Source: an uncultured Desulfurococcales archaeon (GTDB lineage: Archaea; Thermoproteota; Thermoprotei_A; EX4484-217-1). Taken from it: 64,000 nucleotides of DNA. A program made the translations under genes and the position numbers. Below, piece after piece: positions 50,196 to 60,142 of the stretch (positions are counted from its first letter, which is position 1; the number at the start of each line of letters is the position of its first letter). The stretch is from assembly GCA_964526225.1 (NCBI GenBank), contig CAZGLL010000001.1:58903-122902 (forward strand), given 5' to 3'. The notes under the pieces are model-generated. The model was not told where the DNA came from, searched no databases, and was given only the letters and a program-made list of their open reading frames with translations.

Positions 50196-50576
50196 GTGGA
50201 TAGTTTTATATTTTCGAATCCCATATCATACTTACGAAATATTAACGAAGCGCATGGAGGTGTAACTAAAATGTCATCAAAGATAGAAGATATGTTAGAA
50301 AAATACGCAAAAGCACCGAAGGAGGTAAAGAAGGATCCGAAAACAGCTTGGGTAGAAAGAATGATGAGATCAGCAAGAAAATACTATAAACGATGCCCCT
50401 ACTTTGACCATAAAACTAAGATATGCTTTATTACCTTAGGCGAGAAATGTACCCGTGAAGGCAAGTTCGACGGTTGCCCGATATTCTTAGACTTCCTAAG
50501 GAAGAAATATGATGAGTATACCTCTAAAGGGATACCTTTGCCAACAGACTTCCTAGATATAAGCGTTTCATTCTAG
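50196..50576 (+). CDS. Hypothetical Cys-containing protein
   Basis: 126-aa ORF with a CPYF...C..C...C pattern. The true start may be the internal Met (MSSKIEDML). Confidence 0.3.
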   Translation: MDSFIFSNPISYLRNINEAHGGVTKMSSKIEDMLEKYAKAPKEVKKDPKTAWVERMMRSARKYYKRCPYFDHKTKICFITLGEKCTREGKFDGCPIFLDFLRKKYDEYTSKGIPLPTDFLDISVSF

Positions 50577-50599
50577 AGAAATAGGTGGTTTAGTTAACC

Positions 50600-51019
50600 A
50601 TGGGTGTATCCGTTACTGTTAGATTTACTTCAATTTTTGCGGAAAAAGTAAGTGAAATAATACCACAACCTCTGCAATACCATACCCAGCTTACTTTACC
50701 TAGCGGAGATGTTGAAAAATCTGAAAGTAAGCTTAAAGTCCCATTCGTTTTCAATATGACGACAACTCCATTAATAGCCACAATAACGTTAAAAGGCTAC
50801 GTACTTGTAACAGGCTCGAACAATGAAATAAATGACGTATATGACGCAATAAGCAAGAAAAGACCTCCTCAAAGCATCTTCCTTACAACACTACATTATA
50901 CGCTAACTGAAGCTATAATAATGTCTAGAGAAATAGGCATTCCACCACCAATACCTATACCGCATCCTTCAAAAGGTAGCCATTATCAACATAGAAGCTT
51001 AACCCATGAAACAATATAG
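50600..51019 (+). CDS. Hypothetical protein
   Basis: 139-aa ORF with a Pro-rich C-terminus. Confidence 0.3.
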   Translation: MGVSVTVRFTSIFAEKVSEIIPQPLQYHTQLTLPSGDVEKSESKLKVPFVFNMTTTPLIATITLKGYVLVTGSNNEINDVYDAISKKRPPQSIFLTTLHYTLTEAIIMSREIGIPPPIPIPHPSKGSHYQHRSLTHETI

Positions 51020-51090
51020 TTTCATCTATAACCCAAAACATATAAATACCCGCGCGGTACATCAACACATAAAAACAAAAACTTCACGGT

Positions 51091-51375
51091 TTGATTGTTT
51101 TGAGAAAAAAGAATAGGAGAATAAGTCCATACAAAACCACCTATAACTTTAGCATATACCCTAAAATAAGAGCCTCTTCGGACGATTGGTTAAGAAAAGG
51201 CGCAGAAATAACTGTTACAATAAAAGATGTTGATGATAAAGGCAATGGAGTAGCCCATGTTCATGGAGTAAAAATCATTGTACCTAAAACATCAATTGGA
51301 GACAAAGTAAAGGTTGTTGTGGAAAAGGTAAGAGGAGACATAGGCTACGCTAGAGTAATAGAATGGCTTAGCTAA
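51091..51375 (+). CDS. TRAM domain protein
   Basis: C-terminal approx. 60 aa (EITVTIKDVDDKGNGVAHVHGVKIIVPKTSIGDKVKVVVEKVRGDIGYARVIE) is a typical TRAM beta-barrel. The start is uncertain. Confidence 0.5.
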   Translation: MIVLRKKNRRISPYKTTYNFSIYPKIRASSDDWLRKGAEITVTIKDVDDKGNGVAHVHGVKIIVPKTSIGDKVKVVVEKVRGDIGYARVIEWLS

Positions 51376-51376
51376 A

Positions 51377-52066
51377 ATGAGAAGAGGCTCTATAGAAGTA
51401 GTTTCATTCGACTTCGACGGAACATTAGTTAACACTTCAACAGCCATGGAAGAAGCTACGACAATACTAATTAGAAACATATCCTTAATTTCAGGGATTA
51501 ACTATAGCCAACTTTACAGATCCTACACTTCAATTTCGGAGGAACTTTCGAAAAAAGGAAATTATAGTAGACACGTGTGGATTAAGGAGACACTTAAACA
51601 TTTTAACGTAATAGTAAGAAATAGTGAAATAACAAGGTTCGTAAAGGAATATTGGGAGTACATTACTGAGAATTCTTCCCCATATGATGAAGTAATGGAA
51701 GTTTTAGCATACTTAAAAAAGAAGGGGTACGCTATAGCTATTTTAACAAATACCGATGGATTATATGGTGTTAAAATGAAGAGAATTCTAAAAATTTTTC
51801 CCAAGAATCTTTTCGACTATATAGTTATAGCGGGTGAAGATACATCTAAACCCAAACCTCATGTCGAAGCCTTTTATAAGTTGACGAGAGAAGCAAACGT
51901 TTATCCGGAAAAAGTAATCCATGTAGGTGATGATTACTTAGCAGACATTGTAGGATGTTTCAAAGCAGGATTAAAATGTGTACTTGTGGATAGAGAGGAT
52001 AAGATTCGGTCTTTCAAAAACACGGTTATTATTGGGGATTTGAAGAAGTTGTTAAAGTTCCTATAA
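51377..52066 (+). CDS. HAD superfamily hydrolase
   Basis: Motif I FDFDGTL. LTNTD and GDD motifs. Confidence 0.75.
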   Translation: MRRGSIEVVSFDFDGTLVNTSTAMEEATTILIRNISLISGINYSQLYRSYTSISEELSKKGNYSRHVWIKETLKHFNVIVRNSEITRFVKEYWEYITENSSPYDEVMEVLAYLKKKGYAIAILTNTDGLYGVKMKRILKIFPKNLFDYIVIAGEDTSKPKPHVEAFYKLTREANVYPEKVIHVGDDYLADIVGCFKAGLKCVLVDREDKIRSFKNTVIIGDLKKLLKFL

Positions 52067-52079
52067 GTATCGTTTTATC

Positions 52080-52322
52080 CTATTTACTTACCTCCTTAAC
52101 TACAACCATGGTTACAGTTGATTTAACGGGCTTAATCTTTCTAATCTTATTGAAAACTATTGATCTAATATCATCTAAGCTTTCGCCCTCTATTAAAGCA
52201 ACTACATCATATATTCCGTAAACTAAGTATGCTGACTTAACCTCAGGATACCTATTTAGTTCCGTTAGAACATCTTCCTCTGTTCCAGCTTCAGTACTGA
52301 TTAGAACAATACCCTTAACCAT
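52080..52322 (-). CDS. Stand-alone Lrp/AsnC-type RAM (ligand-binding) domain protein
   Basis: 80 aa. ...VKSAYLVYGIYDVVALIE... is typical of the AsnC C-terminal domain. Confidence 0.55.
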   Translation of the reverse strand: MVKGIVLISTEAGTEEDVLTELNRYPEVKSAYLVYGIYDVVALIEGESLDDIRSIVFNKIRKIKPVKSTVTMVVVKEVSK

Positions 52323-52469
52323 TGATTAATCCCCAGAATATATAGGATTGGTATTGTAGTTAAACTTAACTTATTTAAAGACGTTTAAAATAGCTTTGAT
52401 AAAAACGTAAAGGTTTAAGTATTTTGATATCTTACAGCATATTTGACTTAAAACACTGGTGAAAAATTT

Positions 52470-54314
52470 ATGAGAATACTTGCAGTACATGCCGAGAGGT
52501 TTTCATTTGAAGTTAAGCAGAAAGCCGTAGATAAAGCTGAAAAAGTACCTAATGAAAAAAGAAAATATTCTACTAAAAATGTGCTAGTTGTTTTCACAAC
52601 AGTTGAGGAGGGCGATGATAAAAATGTTGAAGCTCTTACTGAAAATGCGGCCAAAGAAATAGCCGAAATAGTCGACAAGGTGAAAGCTAGCGAAGTAGTT
52701 GTTTATCCGTACGCACATTTGTCGAAGAATTTAGCGCCACCTAATGTTGCAATTAGCGTTTTAAAGGAATTAGAAGGAAGACTCAGGAAGAAAGGGTTAA
52801 AAGTTTTTAGAACACCTTTCGGATGGTATAAAGCATTCGAAATTAAATGTTTAGGTCACCCATTATCTGAGCTTTCAAGAGAAATAAAACCAGAAAAGCC
52901 TGCCGAAGAGGTAAAGGAGGAACATGAATATGCGATATTAACACCTGATGGCAAACTTTACTCTCCTGAAGAATATGTTTTCGAGGATGAAAACTTCAAA
53001 ATACTTGTTGAAAAAGAGGCTTTAAAGAAAGAACTTCCTGGAGGAAAACCGAAAATCCCGGAATACTGTGCTAAATTCGCTATAGAATGGGAGCCTTATT
53101 CAGACCATGGACATATGAGATTTGGGCCTGAAGGAGCATTAATAATGGACTTATTAGCTGAATACTCGTGGCAAGTTGTTAGAAGCCTAGGCATACCGGT
53201 GTTCTACGTTAAAGGAACAAACATGTTTAATCTGAAAATAGATGCTGTAATGGAGCATGCTAAACTATTCGGATCAAGACTTTACAGCTTAAAAGTAGAC
53301 AATAACCAGTTAATATTAAGGTTTGCTGCATGCCATCAACAATTCGCAATGCTTAAAGACTGGATAATAAGCTACAAGAACCTACCTTTTGGAATGTTTG
53401 AGGTCGCAGATAGCTACAGACTTGAACAACCAGGGGAAATAACATTATGCTTTAGACTAAGGAAGTTCGTAATGCCAGACCTACACATAATAACCAAGGA
53501 CCTTGAGGAAGCTAAGAAAATAACGTTTCTCGTACAGGAGAAAATATTTGAGGAAATAAGGAAAATAGGTAGAGAATACTATGCAATCTACAATACTACG
53601 AAGAGTTTTCTGAAAGAACACTGGGATTATGTTCTGGAACTTGTTAGAAGAGAAGGAAAACCTGTTCTCCTAGTATTTTATCCTGAAGGAAAATACTATT
53701 GGGTGATAAATGTAGAATACATTATAATAGACCATTTAAAGAGACCTAGGGAAATAGGAACATTCCAAATAGATATAGGGAATGCTAAACGCTTCAACAT
53801 AACGTACCGCGACGAGAAAGGGGAAATAAGATACCCTATGATAATACATACTGCAATAATAGGCTCTCTCGAAAGATATCTTTACGCAATATTCGATACC
53901 GCAGCTAAAGCAAGTGAAGAAGGTAAGAAACCTAGATTGCCAACATGGCTATCTCCCGTCCAAGTGAGGGTAATTCCGGTAAGTAAAGAATTCCTCAATA
54001 AAGCTATTGAAATAGCTAAGAAGATTGAGGAATCGCAAATACGTGTAGATGTAGATGATAGAGATGAAACATTAGGGAGAAAAATAAGAGAAGCTGAAAA
54101 GAACTGGATACCTTACATAGTTGTAGTAGGTAAGAAGGAAGCAGAATCTAACATACTAACTGTAAGGATTAGAGGTGAAGAAAAGGAGAACATTAAGGAA
54201 TTAACGCTTGAGGAACTAGTAAGAATAATTAAGAATGAAACAAAGGGTTACCCATGGAAACCTTTAACTATGCCGATGTTATTAAGTCAAAGACCTATAT
54301 ATAAGAGAGAGTGA
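52470..54314 (+). CDS. thrS: Threonyl-tRNA synthetase (class II) with an archaeal-type N-terminal editing domain
   Basis: Class II motifs (YRLEQPGE...RLRKF; GSLERYLYAI). Anticodon-binding C-terminal domain. N-terminal approx. 140-aa archaeal editing-like domain. 614 aa. Confidence 0.85.
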   Translation: MRILAVHAERFSFEVKQKAVDKAEKVPNEKRKYSTKNVLVVFTTVEEGDDKNVEALTENAAKEIAEIVDKVKASEVVVYPYAHLSKNLAPPNVAISVLKELEGRLRKKGLKVFRTPFGWYKAFEIKCLGHPLSELSREIKPEKPAEEVKEEHEYAILTPDGKLYSPEEYVFEDENFKILVEKEALKKELPGGKPKIPEYCAKFAIEWEPYSDHGHMRFGPEGALIMDLLAEYSWQVVRSLGIPVFYVKGTNMFNLKIDAVMEHAKLFGSRLYSLKVDNNQLILRFAACHQQFAMLKDWIISYKNLPFGMFEVADSYRLEQPGEITLCFRLRKFVMPDLHIITKDLEEAKKITFLVQEKIFEEIRKIGREYYAIYNTTKSFLKEHWDYVLELVRREGKPVLLVFYPEGKYYWVINVEYIIIDHLKRPREIGTFQIDIGNAKRFNITYRDEKGEIRYPMIIHTAIIGSLERYLYAIFDTAAKASEEGKKPRLPTWLSPVQVRVIPVSKEFLNKAIEIAKKIEESQIRVDVDDRDETLGRKIREAEKNWIPYIVVVGKKEAESNILTVRIRGEEKENIKELTLEELVRIIKNETKGYPWKPLTMPMLLSQRPIYKRE

Positions 54315-54327
54315 AATAGTTTAAAAC

Positions 54328-54385
54328 GTTAGTGATGAAGCTGTCGCTACTGAAAGAAAATGATGTAATGAACCTCCGCTGAAGC
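54328..54385 (+). ncRNA. Candidate C/D box sRNA
   Basis: GUGAUGA (C), AGCUGUCGCUA, CUGA (D'), AAGAAA, AUGAUGU (C'), AAUGAACCUCCG (12 nt), CUGA (D). Immediately after the thrS stop. Confidence 0.55.
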
Positions 54386-54414
54386 TTTTAGGTAATTAAT
54401 CATAAGGTGTTTTC

Positions 54415-55458
54415 TTGCACAAAATTACACAATCTTACATTCTTAAGGTGCTTAAAGAAGTTAGGGTTAAAAGCAAAATAGCCTCCAAACAATTACCTAA
54501 AATCGAAGACGTAGTTTATGATGACAATAATAATATCCTTTATATCATTGTTAGTGATAGACCTGATAGGAGCGCATTAATAGGGTATGGAGGTTTAATA
54601 ATTAAGGAAATAGGGAGAAAAATAAACGTTAATGAAATATCAGTTATTGCAAAAACAGATCTTCTCGTTAAAAGGAAGCGTATTAGCGAATCTATTATGA
54701 AAGCTAAAGCTATTATGAGAAGGAGGAACATTCCGCAAGACATTAAAGAATTTCTTGAAATACTCATAGAACAACTTAAGCTGGAGAAGAAATTTCCTCC
54801 GAGAACAGTAATTAGAGAAGAAAAGGCAAAGAACATAAAAATTTTAGTTGCTTACTCTGGGGGAGTTGATAGTACTGCAACTCTTGTTTTGCTCAAGAAC
54901 ATGGGCTTTAATGTTAAAGCGGTAACTGTAGATCCGGGACCTTTCATTTTACCTAATTGGGTTAGGGATAATATTGCAAAGGCTGTTAAGTTGCTATCTG
55001 TTGAACATGAGTTTATAAAGCCTATAGTTGATTTTCATGAAATAATAGAATATGCTAAAGAAGGAACCCATACGCCTTGTAGCCTATGTTACCCTGCGCT
55101 TGTAAATAGCATTTTTACGTATGCCGTAGAAAACATGTTTAGTATTGTTGCATTCGGAAACTTAATATCTACATCGAAATATTCACTAGATTTCCCCTTG
55201 AGAGAAAAGTTTTTGCTTAGAATAAACTTGCCTGGAGCATTTGCTCTCACAAAGCATGATACTAAACTGTTATCTAAAGGAATTGTTAATTGGAAGCCTT
55301 TGTATGGCTGTCCGCTACTTAGAAATTCTATGAAGAACCATAGATGGATGAGATATATAGCTATTGAAAGAATTCTTAGAGAAGTACGAGCGGGAATTTT
55401 AGAACCCATGGATGGGCTAAGATATATCAAGTCAATTTTAAAACTAGTAGGGAAATGA
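54415..55458 (+). CDS. PP-loop (N-type ATP pyrophosphatase) family protein with an N-terminal KH-like domain
   Basis: KH-like GxxG (IGYGGLIIKEIGRK). PP-loop SGGVDS. C-terminal Cys pairs (CSLC; CP). Confidence 0.5.
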   Translation: MHKITQSYILKVLKEVRVKSKIASKQLPKIEDVVYDDNNNILYIIVSDRPDRSALIGYGGLIIKEIGRKINVNEISVIAKTDLLVKRKRISESIMKAKAIMRRRNIPQDIKEFLEILIEQLKLEKKFPPRTVIREEKAKNIKILVAYSGGVDSTATLVLLKNMGFNVKAVTVDPGPFILPNWVRDNIAKAVKLLSVEHEFIKPIVDFHEIIEYAKEGTHTPCSLCYPALVNSIFTYAVENMFSIVAFGNLISTSKYSLDFPLREKFLLRINLPGAFALTKHDTKLLSKGIVNWKPLYGCPLLRNSMKNHRWMRYIAIERILREVRAGILEPMDGLRYIKSILKLVGK

Positions 55459-55472
55459 GAAGTTAAATGAAA

Positions 55473-56915
55473 CTATTTTAACGCTAAAACTACATCATAG
55501 CCTTTTTTCGTTAACTTATAAAGCTTCTTTTTACCAACCTTTCTACTTTCAACAAGACCTGCTCTTTCTAATTCCTCTAGGTGCTGATAGATTGCTTGTA
55601 CGGAAACTGAGAGACCTAGAGTCTTCCATATTTTGTAACCATGTAGTTCTCCATGCTCCCTTAAAACATTCAGTATTAGTGCTTTAGTGCTTAAACCCGC
55701 TAATCGTGAACTATATTTCCTTCTTGAAGGCTCCTTGCTGTACGTTAAAGGAGCCTTAAGCCCGGTAGCGGGGGCTAGAACAACTACGTTTTCGGACTTA
55801 GAGATATTCTCGGTTTTTCTAACGAAAACTGCCAAGCCAGCGAATGCTGCTGCCCCGGCTGGTTCTATAAATAAACCTTCGGATTTAGCAACAATACTTA
55901 CATAGTTTAATGCTGACGTGTATGTTACCCTTACACCGTATGTGTTAGTATAATTTAGATACTGTAAAACATATTTGAGAAGAGGAGTTTTGCACACATC
56001 AAGCCCTGGAATGTGTTTCTTAACAATCGATGCTTCCTTCTCACATATTACATTGTCTTGCTTTAAGGAATCAACTATTGGTGAACATACGTTTGATTGA
56101 ACAACTAATATTTTAGGCCTTCTTTTTAAAACACCTAAATTCACTAGCTCATCGAATCCGATAAGTGTTGAAAGTAACGTTAAACCCGAGCCCGCTGGCA
56201 TTACGAGCCAATCTATTCTATTAAGTTGCATTACAAGTTCGTAAGCTATTGTCTTCAATCCCTCTATTGATAACGTGTTTTCCTCAGCTGTAGCTTCATA
56301 AACGCCTTCGCTTAAAACCAACTCTTTAGCCTTAACTATGGCTTCGTCAATGATTTTGCCATACTCATATATTTCAGCACCAAATGCTTCCATTTGAAGT
56401 ATTTTTCCGTAATCCGCATTTGACGGAACTACTGCAACACATTTCAGCCCAGCTTTTGCCGAGTAAGCCGATAATGACGCTCCTAGGTTTCCATCAGTTG
56501 CACAAACAAGCTTCTTTGCTCCAACGTGTTTCGCATGCGAAACTATGAGAGTAGCAACGCGGTCTCTGAAACTACCTGTAGGGTTTCTCGTTTCATCCTT
56601 AATAAAAACATTTTCAAGCTTTATTAACGAAGCATAATTCTTAGCTTCAATAAGTGGTGTAAATCCCTCATCTAGTGAAACAATATTTTCGCTAGGTATT
56701 TCAGGTAGGTAATTAGAGAACCTCCAGATACCTAGTTGCTTCGTAAGTTTAAACTCCTTTTGCCTAGGAATTTCTGCTCTCACAAGGCTACCACAGTATG
56801 TGCATCTAATGCTTGGTTTTACAAAAGCCCTACCGCATTTTGTACAGTAGAATTTTACGTTATTCTTTCTCTTTAATGAAGTCTTCAAAACTAATCTCCT
56901 TCCCTCTCTTAACAA
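55473..56915 (-). CDS. Threonine-synthase-like PLP enzyme with N-terminal zinc ribbon and C-terminal PadR-type winged-helix domain
   Basis: CTKCG...CTYCG ribbon. PLP-Lys motif PTGSFRDR. C-terminal approx. 80 aa (LILNVLREHGELHGYKIWKTL...LEELERAGLVESRKV) is PadR-like. The start is uncertain because of a 56-bp overlap with the next gene. Confidence 0.55.
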   Translation of the reverse strand: MLREGRRLVLKTSLKRKNNVKFYCTKCGRAFVKPSIRCTYCGSLVRAEIPRQKEFKLTKQLGIWRFSNYLPEIPSENIVSLDEGFTPLIEAKNYASLIKLENVFIKDETRNPTGSFRDRVATLIVSHAKHVGAKKLVCATDGNLGASLSAYSAKAGLKCVAVVPSNADYGKILQMEAFGAEIYEYGKIIDEAIVKAKELVLSEGVYEATAEENTLSIEGLKTIAYELVMQLNRIDWLVMPAGSGLTLLSTLIGFDELVNLGVLKRRPKILVVQSNVCSPIVDSLKQDNVICEKEASIVKKHIPGLDVCKTPLLKYVLQYLNYTNTYGVRVTYTSALNYVSIVAKSEGLFIEPAGAAAFAGLAVFVRKTENISKSENVVVLAPATGLKAPLTYSKEPSRRKYSSRLAGLSTKALILNVLREHGELHGYKIWKTLGLSVSVQAIYQHLEELERAGLVESRKVGKKKLYKLTKKGYDVVLALK

Positions 56916-57255
56916 TCTTTATCTTTAAAGGAAGTCTCACATTAAGGCCTAGTGCTAAAAATAGCTGATAAAGTTCATAAGCGTCAATTGATTTAACATT
57001 GTTTTCAACTACATATTTTGCTAAAGCCTCTATTACCTTATCGATTACCTGCGGAAATTGCTCTTCAGCCGCTTTTAGAACTTCTACTGCTTTTTCATCG
57101 CTTAAAACCGAAAGCACTATTTGTCTAGGATCTTTCTTCTCTTCTTCTCTAGGCTTTCCCTTAGAGAGCATTTTCTTTTGAAGCCTAAGCAGTTTTAACC
57201 TTATCTCCGGCGGTAAATCTTCAAACGTCATTTGAGACCCTCCCGGGATTCTCAT
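56860..57255 (-). CDS. PDCD5/TFAR19-like dsDNA-binding protein
   Basis: 131 aa with ...EDLPPEIRLKLLRLQKKML... and a charged helical core. Confidence 0.45.
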   Translation of the reverse strand: MRIPGGSQMTFEDLPPEIRLKLLRLQKKMLSKGKPREEEKKDPRQIVLSVLSDEKAVEVLKAAEEQFPQVIDKVIEALAKYVVENNVKSIDAYELYQLFLALGLNVRLPLKIKIVKRGKEISFEDFIKEKE

Positions 57256-57319
57256 TTATTCTCATACTCTACTAAATACCTAACCGTTTTATAATGTAAT
57301 GTATTAATCCTAAATATAG

Positions 57320-57661
57320 GTGTTGCCAGTGGTTTTGGGTGCCATAGCGTATGTTATGAATTTAGATGATTTCGCGAAGATAACAAAAGGTGCTCAAAGG
57401 TTCTTCTGTATAAGAACGAAGGAAATGGTGAGAGAAGTAGGTTTACACCTAATATGCACCGCTAAGATCGACGATACCATATATGTTTACGAAGAACTCG
57501 ACATTGTAGATAATCCCAAGGAGTATGAGGAACGTATTAAGTACTTTAAGAAAAAGGTCAAAGAGAAAATGCCCGATGCCGTAATGGGCTTCGTTGCTTT
57601 CGATGTTAGACAGCTTCAAGAAGCACTGAGTTTTGGAGAAAGCGTAGCGAGCCCCTTCTAA
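57320..57661 (+). CDS. Hypothetical protein
   Basis: 113-aa ORF. Confidence 0.3.
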   Translation: MLPVVLGAIAYVMNLDDFAKITKGAQRFFCIRTKEMVREVGLHLICTAKIDDTIYVYEELDIVDNPKEYEERIKYFKKKVKEKMPDAVMGFVAFDVRQLQEALSFGESVASPF

Positions 57662-57683
57662 CAGTATTGAGGTAAGGTAGGAC

Positions 57684-58691
57684 ATGGTTGAAGTTACCGT
57701 TTCAGCTCCAGGGAAGGTAACTCTCTTTGGTGAACACGCAATAGTTTACGGTGAACCAGCAATAGTTACAGCTATTTCTAGAAGGCTATACGTTAAAGCT
57801 AAACCTAGAAACGATAAGAACCTTAAGATTTCAGCCATGGACCTAAAGATTCCTGGGGTAATTCTTACTTTTGTAAGCGACACAGAAGAGCTAATATTAG
57901 AAACGGATTATGGAAGAGTTGTTTCAGCAGTAAGCTATGTTAAAAAAGCCATCGAACTAACTGCAAACTACATCGGAGAATTTAGAGGGGTAGATATTGA
58001 AGTTCGCTCATCAATGCCCGTAGGTGCAGGCTTAGGCACAAGCGCTGCTGTTGCTGTAGCAACGGTAGCTGCATACGCTTACGCACTAGGTCATGAGCTT
58101 TCTAAGAAGGAAATAGCTAGGCTCGGACATAAAACAGAACTGGAGGTTCAAGGTGCTGCTAGCCCTATGGACACGTCTATAGCAACCTATGGCGGAACAA
58201 TATATATTAAGCCGGAAAAATCGGAGCCTATAATTGAGCATTTAAACCTTACTGAAGAATACCCTTTAGTAATAGGTTATGTTGAAAGGAAAAGTACAAC
58301 AAAGGAGTTAGTAGCCAAAGTTAGAAAGCTAAAGGAGAAAAAGCCGGAAATAATAATGCCAATAATAAAGCTCATAGGGGTATTAACAGAGAATGCTAAA
58401 AAAGCTCTCAAAAGCGGAGACGTTGTTGAACTAGGTGAGCTAATGAATATAAACCATGGACTTCTAGATGCTCTTGGTGTTTCAACAAAAGAACTTAACG
58501 ATTTAGTTTATGCAGCAAGACAAGCAGGAGCATTGGGTTCAAAACTTACTGGAGCTGGAGGAGGTGGTTGCATGATAGCTTTAGCTCCAGGAAGAGTCGC
58601 CGAAGTAAGTACAGCTATAGACATTTTAGGAGGCCAGCCTATGGATGCCCGAATGTCTGCCAAAGGGTTAACCGTTGAGGTAAAGAAATAA
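57684..58691 (+). CDS. mvk: Mevalonate kinase (GHMP kinase family)
   Basis: N-terminal SAPGKVTLFGEH. GHMP motif PVGAGLGTSAA. 335 aa. Confidence 0.85.
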   Translation: MVEVTVSAPGKVTLFGEHAIVYGEPAIVTAISRRLYVKAKPRNDKNLKISAMDLKIPGVILTFVSDTEELILETDYGRVVSAVSYVKKAIELTANYIGEFRGVDIEVRSSMPVGAGLGTSAAVAVATVAAYAYALGHELSKKEIARLGHKTELEVQGAASPMDTSIATYGGTIYIKPEKSEPIIEHLNLTEEYPLVIGYVERKSTTKELVAKVRKLKEKKPEIIMPIIKLIGVLTENAKKALKSGDVVELGELMNINHGLLDALGVSTKELNDLVYAARQAGALGSKLTGAGGGGCMIALAPGRVAEVSTAIDILGGQPMDARMSAKGLTVEVKK

Positions 58692-58740
58692 TATGTAGAA
58701 TGAATAGAAAATAATCACAGACGAAGTTAAGATCCGATGG

Positions 58741-60135
58741 ATGAAAGTTTTGATATCCAAAGAGAAAATCAAGAAAAAAATGAAGAAAGAACTACTACTG
58801 CTTATCCTAGCTATTTTACTCTTAATTGCAACAAGTTGGATAGCCTGGAACTACTATGATATAAGTGTGTTTCTCGAATGGGCTAAGATAGCAGAAAGTA
58901 AGAACGTACTAAGAATATATAGTGATGCAAGAAAAGCGGGGTATATGCCCTTAGCACCAATAGTTTTTGTAGCAACCTACATTATAGCAAAGGGGATTTT
59001 TGAAGTACTCGTACAAATAGCAACTATTGTAGGAGCGTATTATTTAGATTTTATGAAATTATTTATGAGAATACCTCTTCTATTAACAATAGTTGCTACA
59101 GGGTTTCTACTATACAAGAAGGAGGGATGGAAAGTAGCTAAATGGTGGTTCTTTGGTATACCAGTGTGGATAGTGTATTTAGCCTACCAATTTGATCCGC
59201 TCATGGTATTCTTCATGGTCTGGGGAGCTTACCTTTTTGTAGAGAAGAAATATCGTGCTTCCGGATTTCTGTGGGGAATTGGTACAGCCTTAAAATTTGT
59301 ACCAATACTGTTTGTTCCATTAGCATTTAAAGTAATCCATAATAGGAGTACGTTCTTAAAATTTCTCTTATCATTTTCTATACCTGTCGTAGTAATATCC
59401 TTACCTTTCCTTCTATTTAACCCCGTCCTCATGGTTAAAAAGGTTCTTGAATTTCATGCTTCAAGATATCCGCAAATGCTTTCAATATTTAATGTTCCCA
59501 TGCTTTTAACGAACCATAAGTTTATGTTCTCAGATATCTTAAGTTGGATTTGGATACCTACATTTCTGATAGCATACGTCATGATACTAATTTCGATTAA
59601 GGTGTATGAAGGAGATAAGGATTCTCTCTTCGTTGCGTTTGCATTAATAACATTAGCGTTCATAATATTCAATAAAGTGCAGAATCCGCAGTACATACTC
59701 TGGTCTTATCCGTTTCTAGTATATACGCTTAATAAAATAGGTGGTAGAAGGCTAAAGTACGCTTTACTAATAGCTACTCTCTTAGGCTCAGTAATCTTCC
59801 CACTACTATACTATGTTCCTCCAGCTGTTTTAAATGAGCCTATTTTAATAGAAGAAGATATGAAGCTCTATAGTGCAAGAGATTTACTTATCAAATCCTT
59901 TGAGGGATCAGGTAAATTCATTATAGAAAAGTTTCTCGATTTAATGCACAAATATCTCTTAAACCTAAATATGCTTCTATATAACAATTTTAACATTTTA
60001 GGCGCCTTAGCAGTCTCGATATATAATATTTTACTATTACTGGTTTTCTCCAACTTAGTCAAGTTTAGATGTAATCTAAGCATTATCATAATTTTATTGA
60101 GGAAATTTGGAAAAAACTATGACTTGAGGTATTAA
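58741..60135 (+). CDS. Polytopic membrane protein, possibly a GT-C-fold glycosyltransferase (DUF2029-like)
   Basis: 464 aa, 10 or more predicted TM helices. Confidence 0.35.
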   Translation: MKVLISKEKIKKKMKKELLLLILAILLLIATSWIAWNYYDISVFLEWAKIAESKNVLRIYSDARKAGYMPLAPIVFVATYIIAKGIFEVLVQIATIVGAYYLDFMKLFMRIPLLLTIVATGFLLYKKEGWKVAKWWFFGIPVWIVYLAYQFDPLMVFFMVWGAYLFVEKKYRASGFLWGIGTALKFVPILFVPLAFKVIHNRSTFLKFLLSFSIPVVVISLPFLLFNPVLMVKKVLEFHASRYPQMLSIFNVPMLLTNHKFMFSDILSWIWIPTFLIAYVMILISIKVYEGDKDSLFVAFALITLAFIIFNKVQNPQYILWSYPFLVYTLNKIGGRRLKYALLIATLLGSVIFPLLYYVPPAVLNEPILIEEDMKLYSARDLLIKSFEGSGKFIIEKFLDLMHKYLLNLNMLLYNNFNILGALAVSIYNILLLLVFSNLVKFRCNLSIIIILLRKFGKNYDLRY

Positions 60136-60142
60136 ATTAGAA

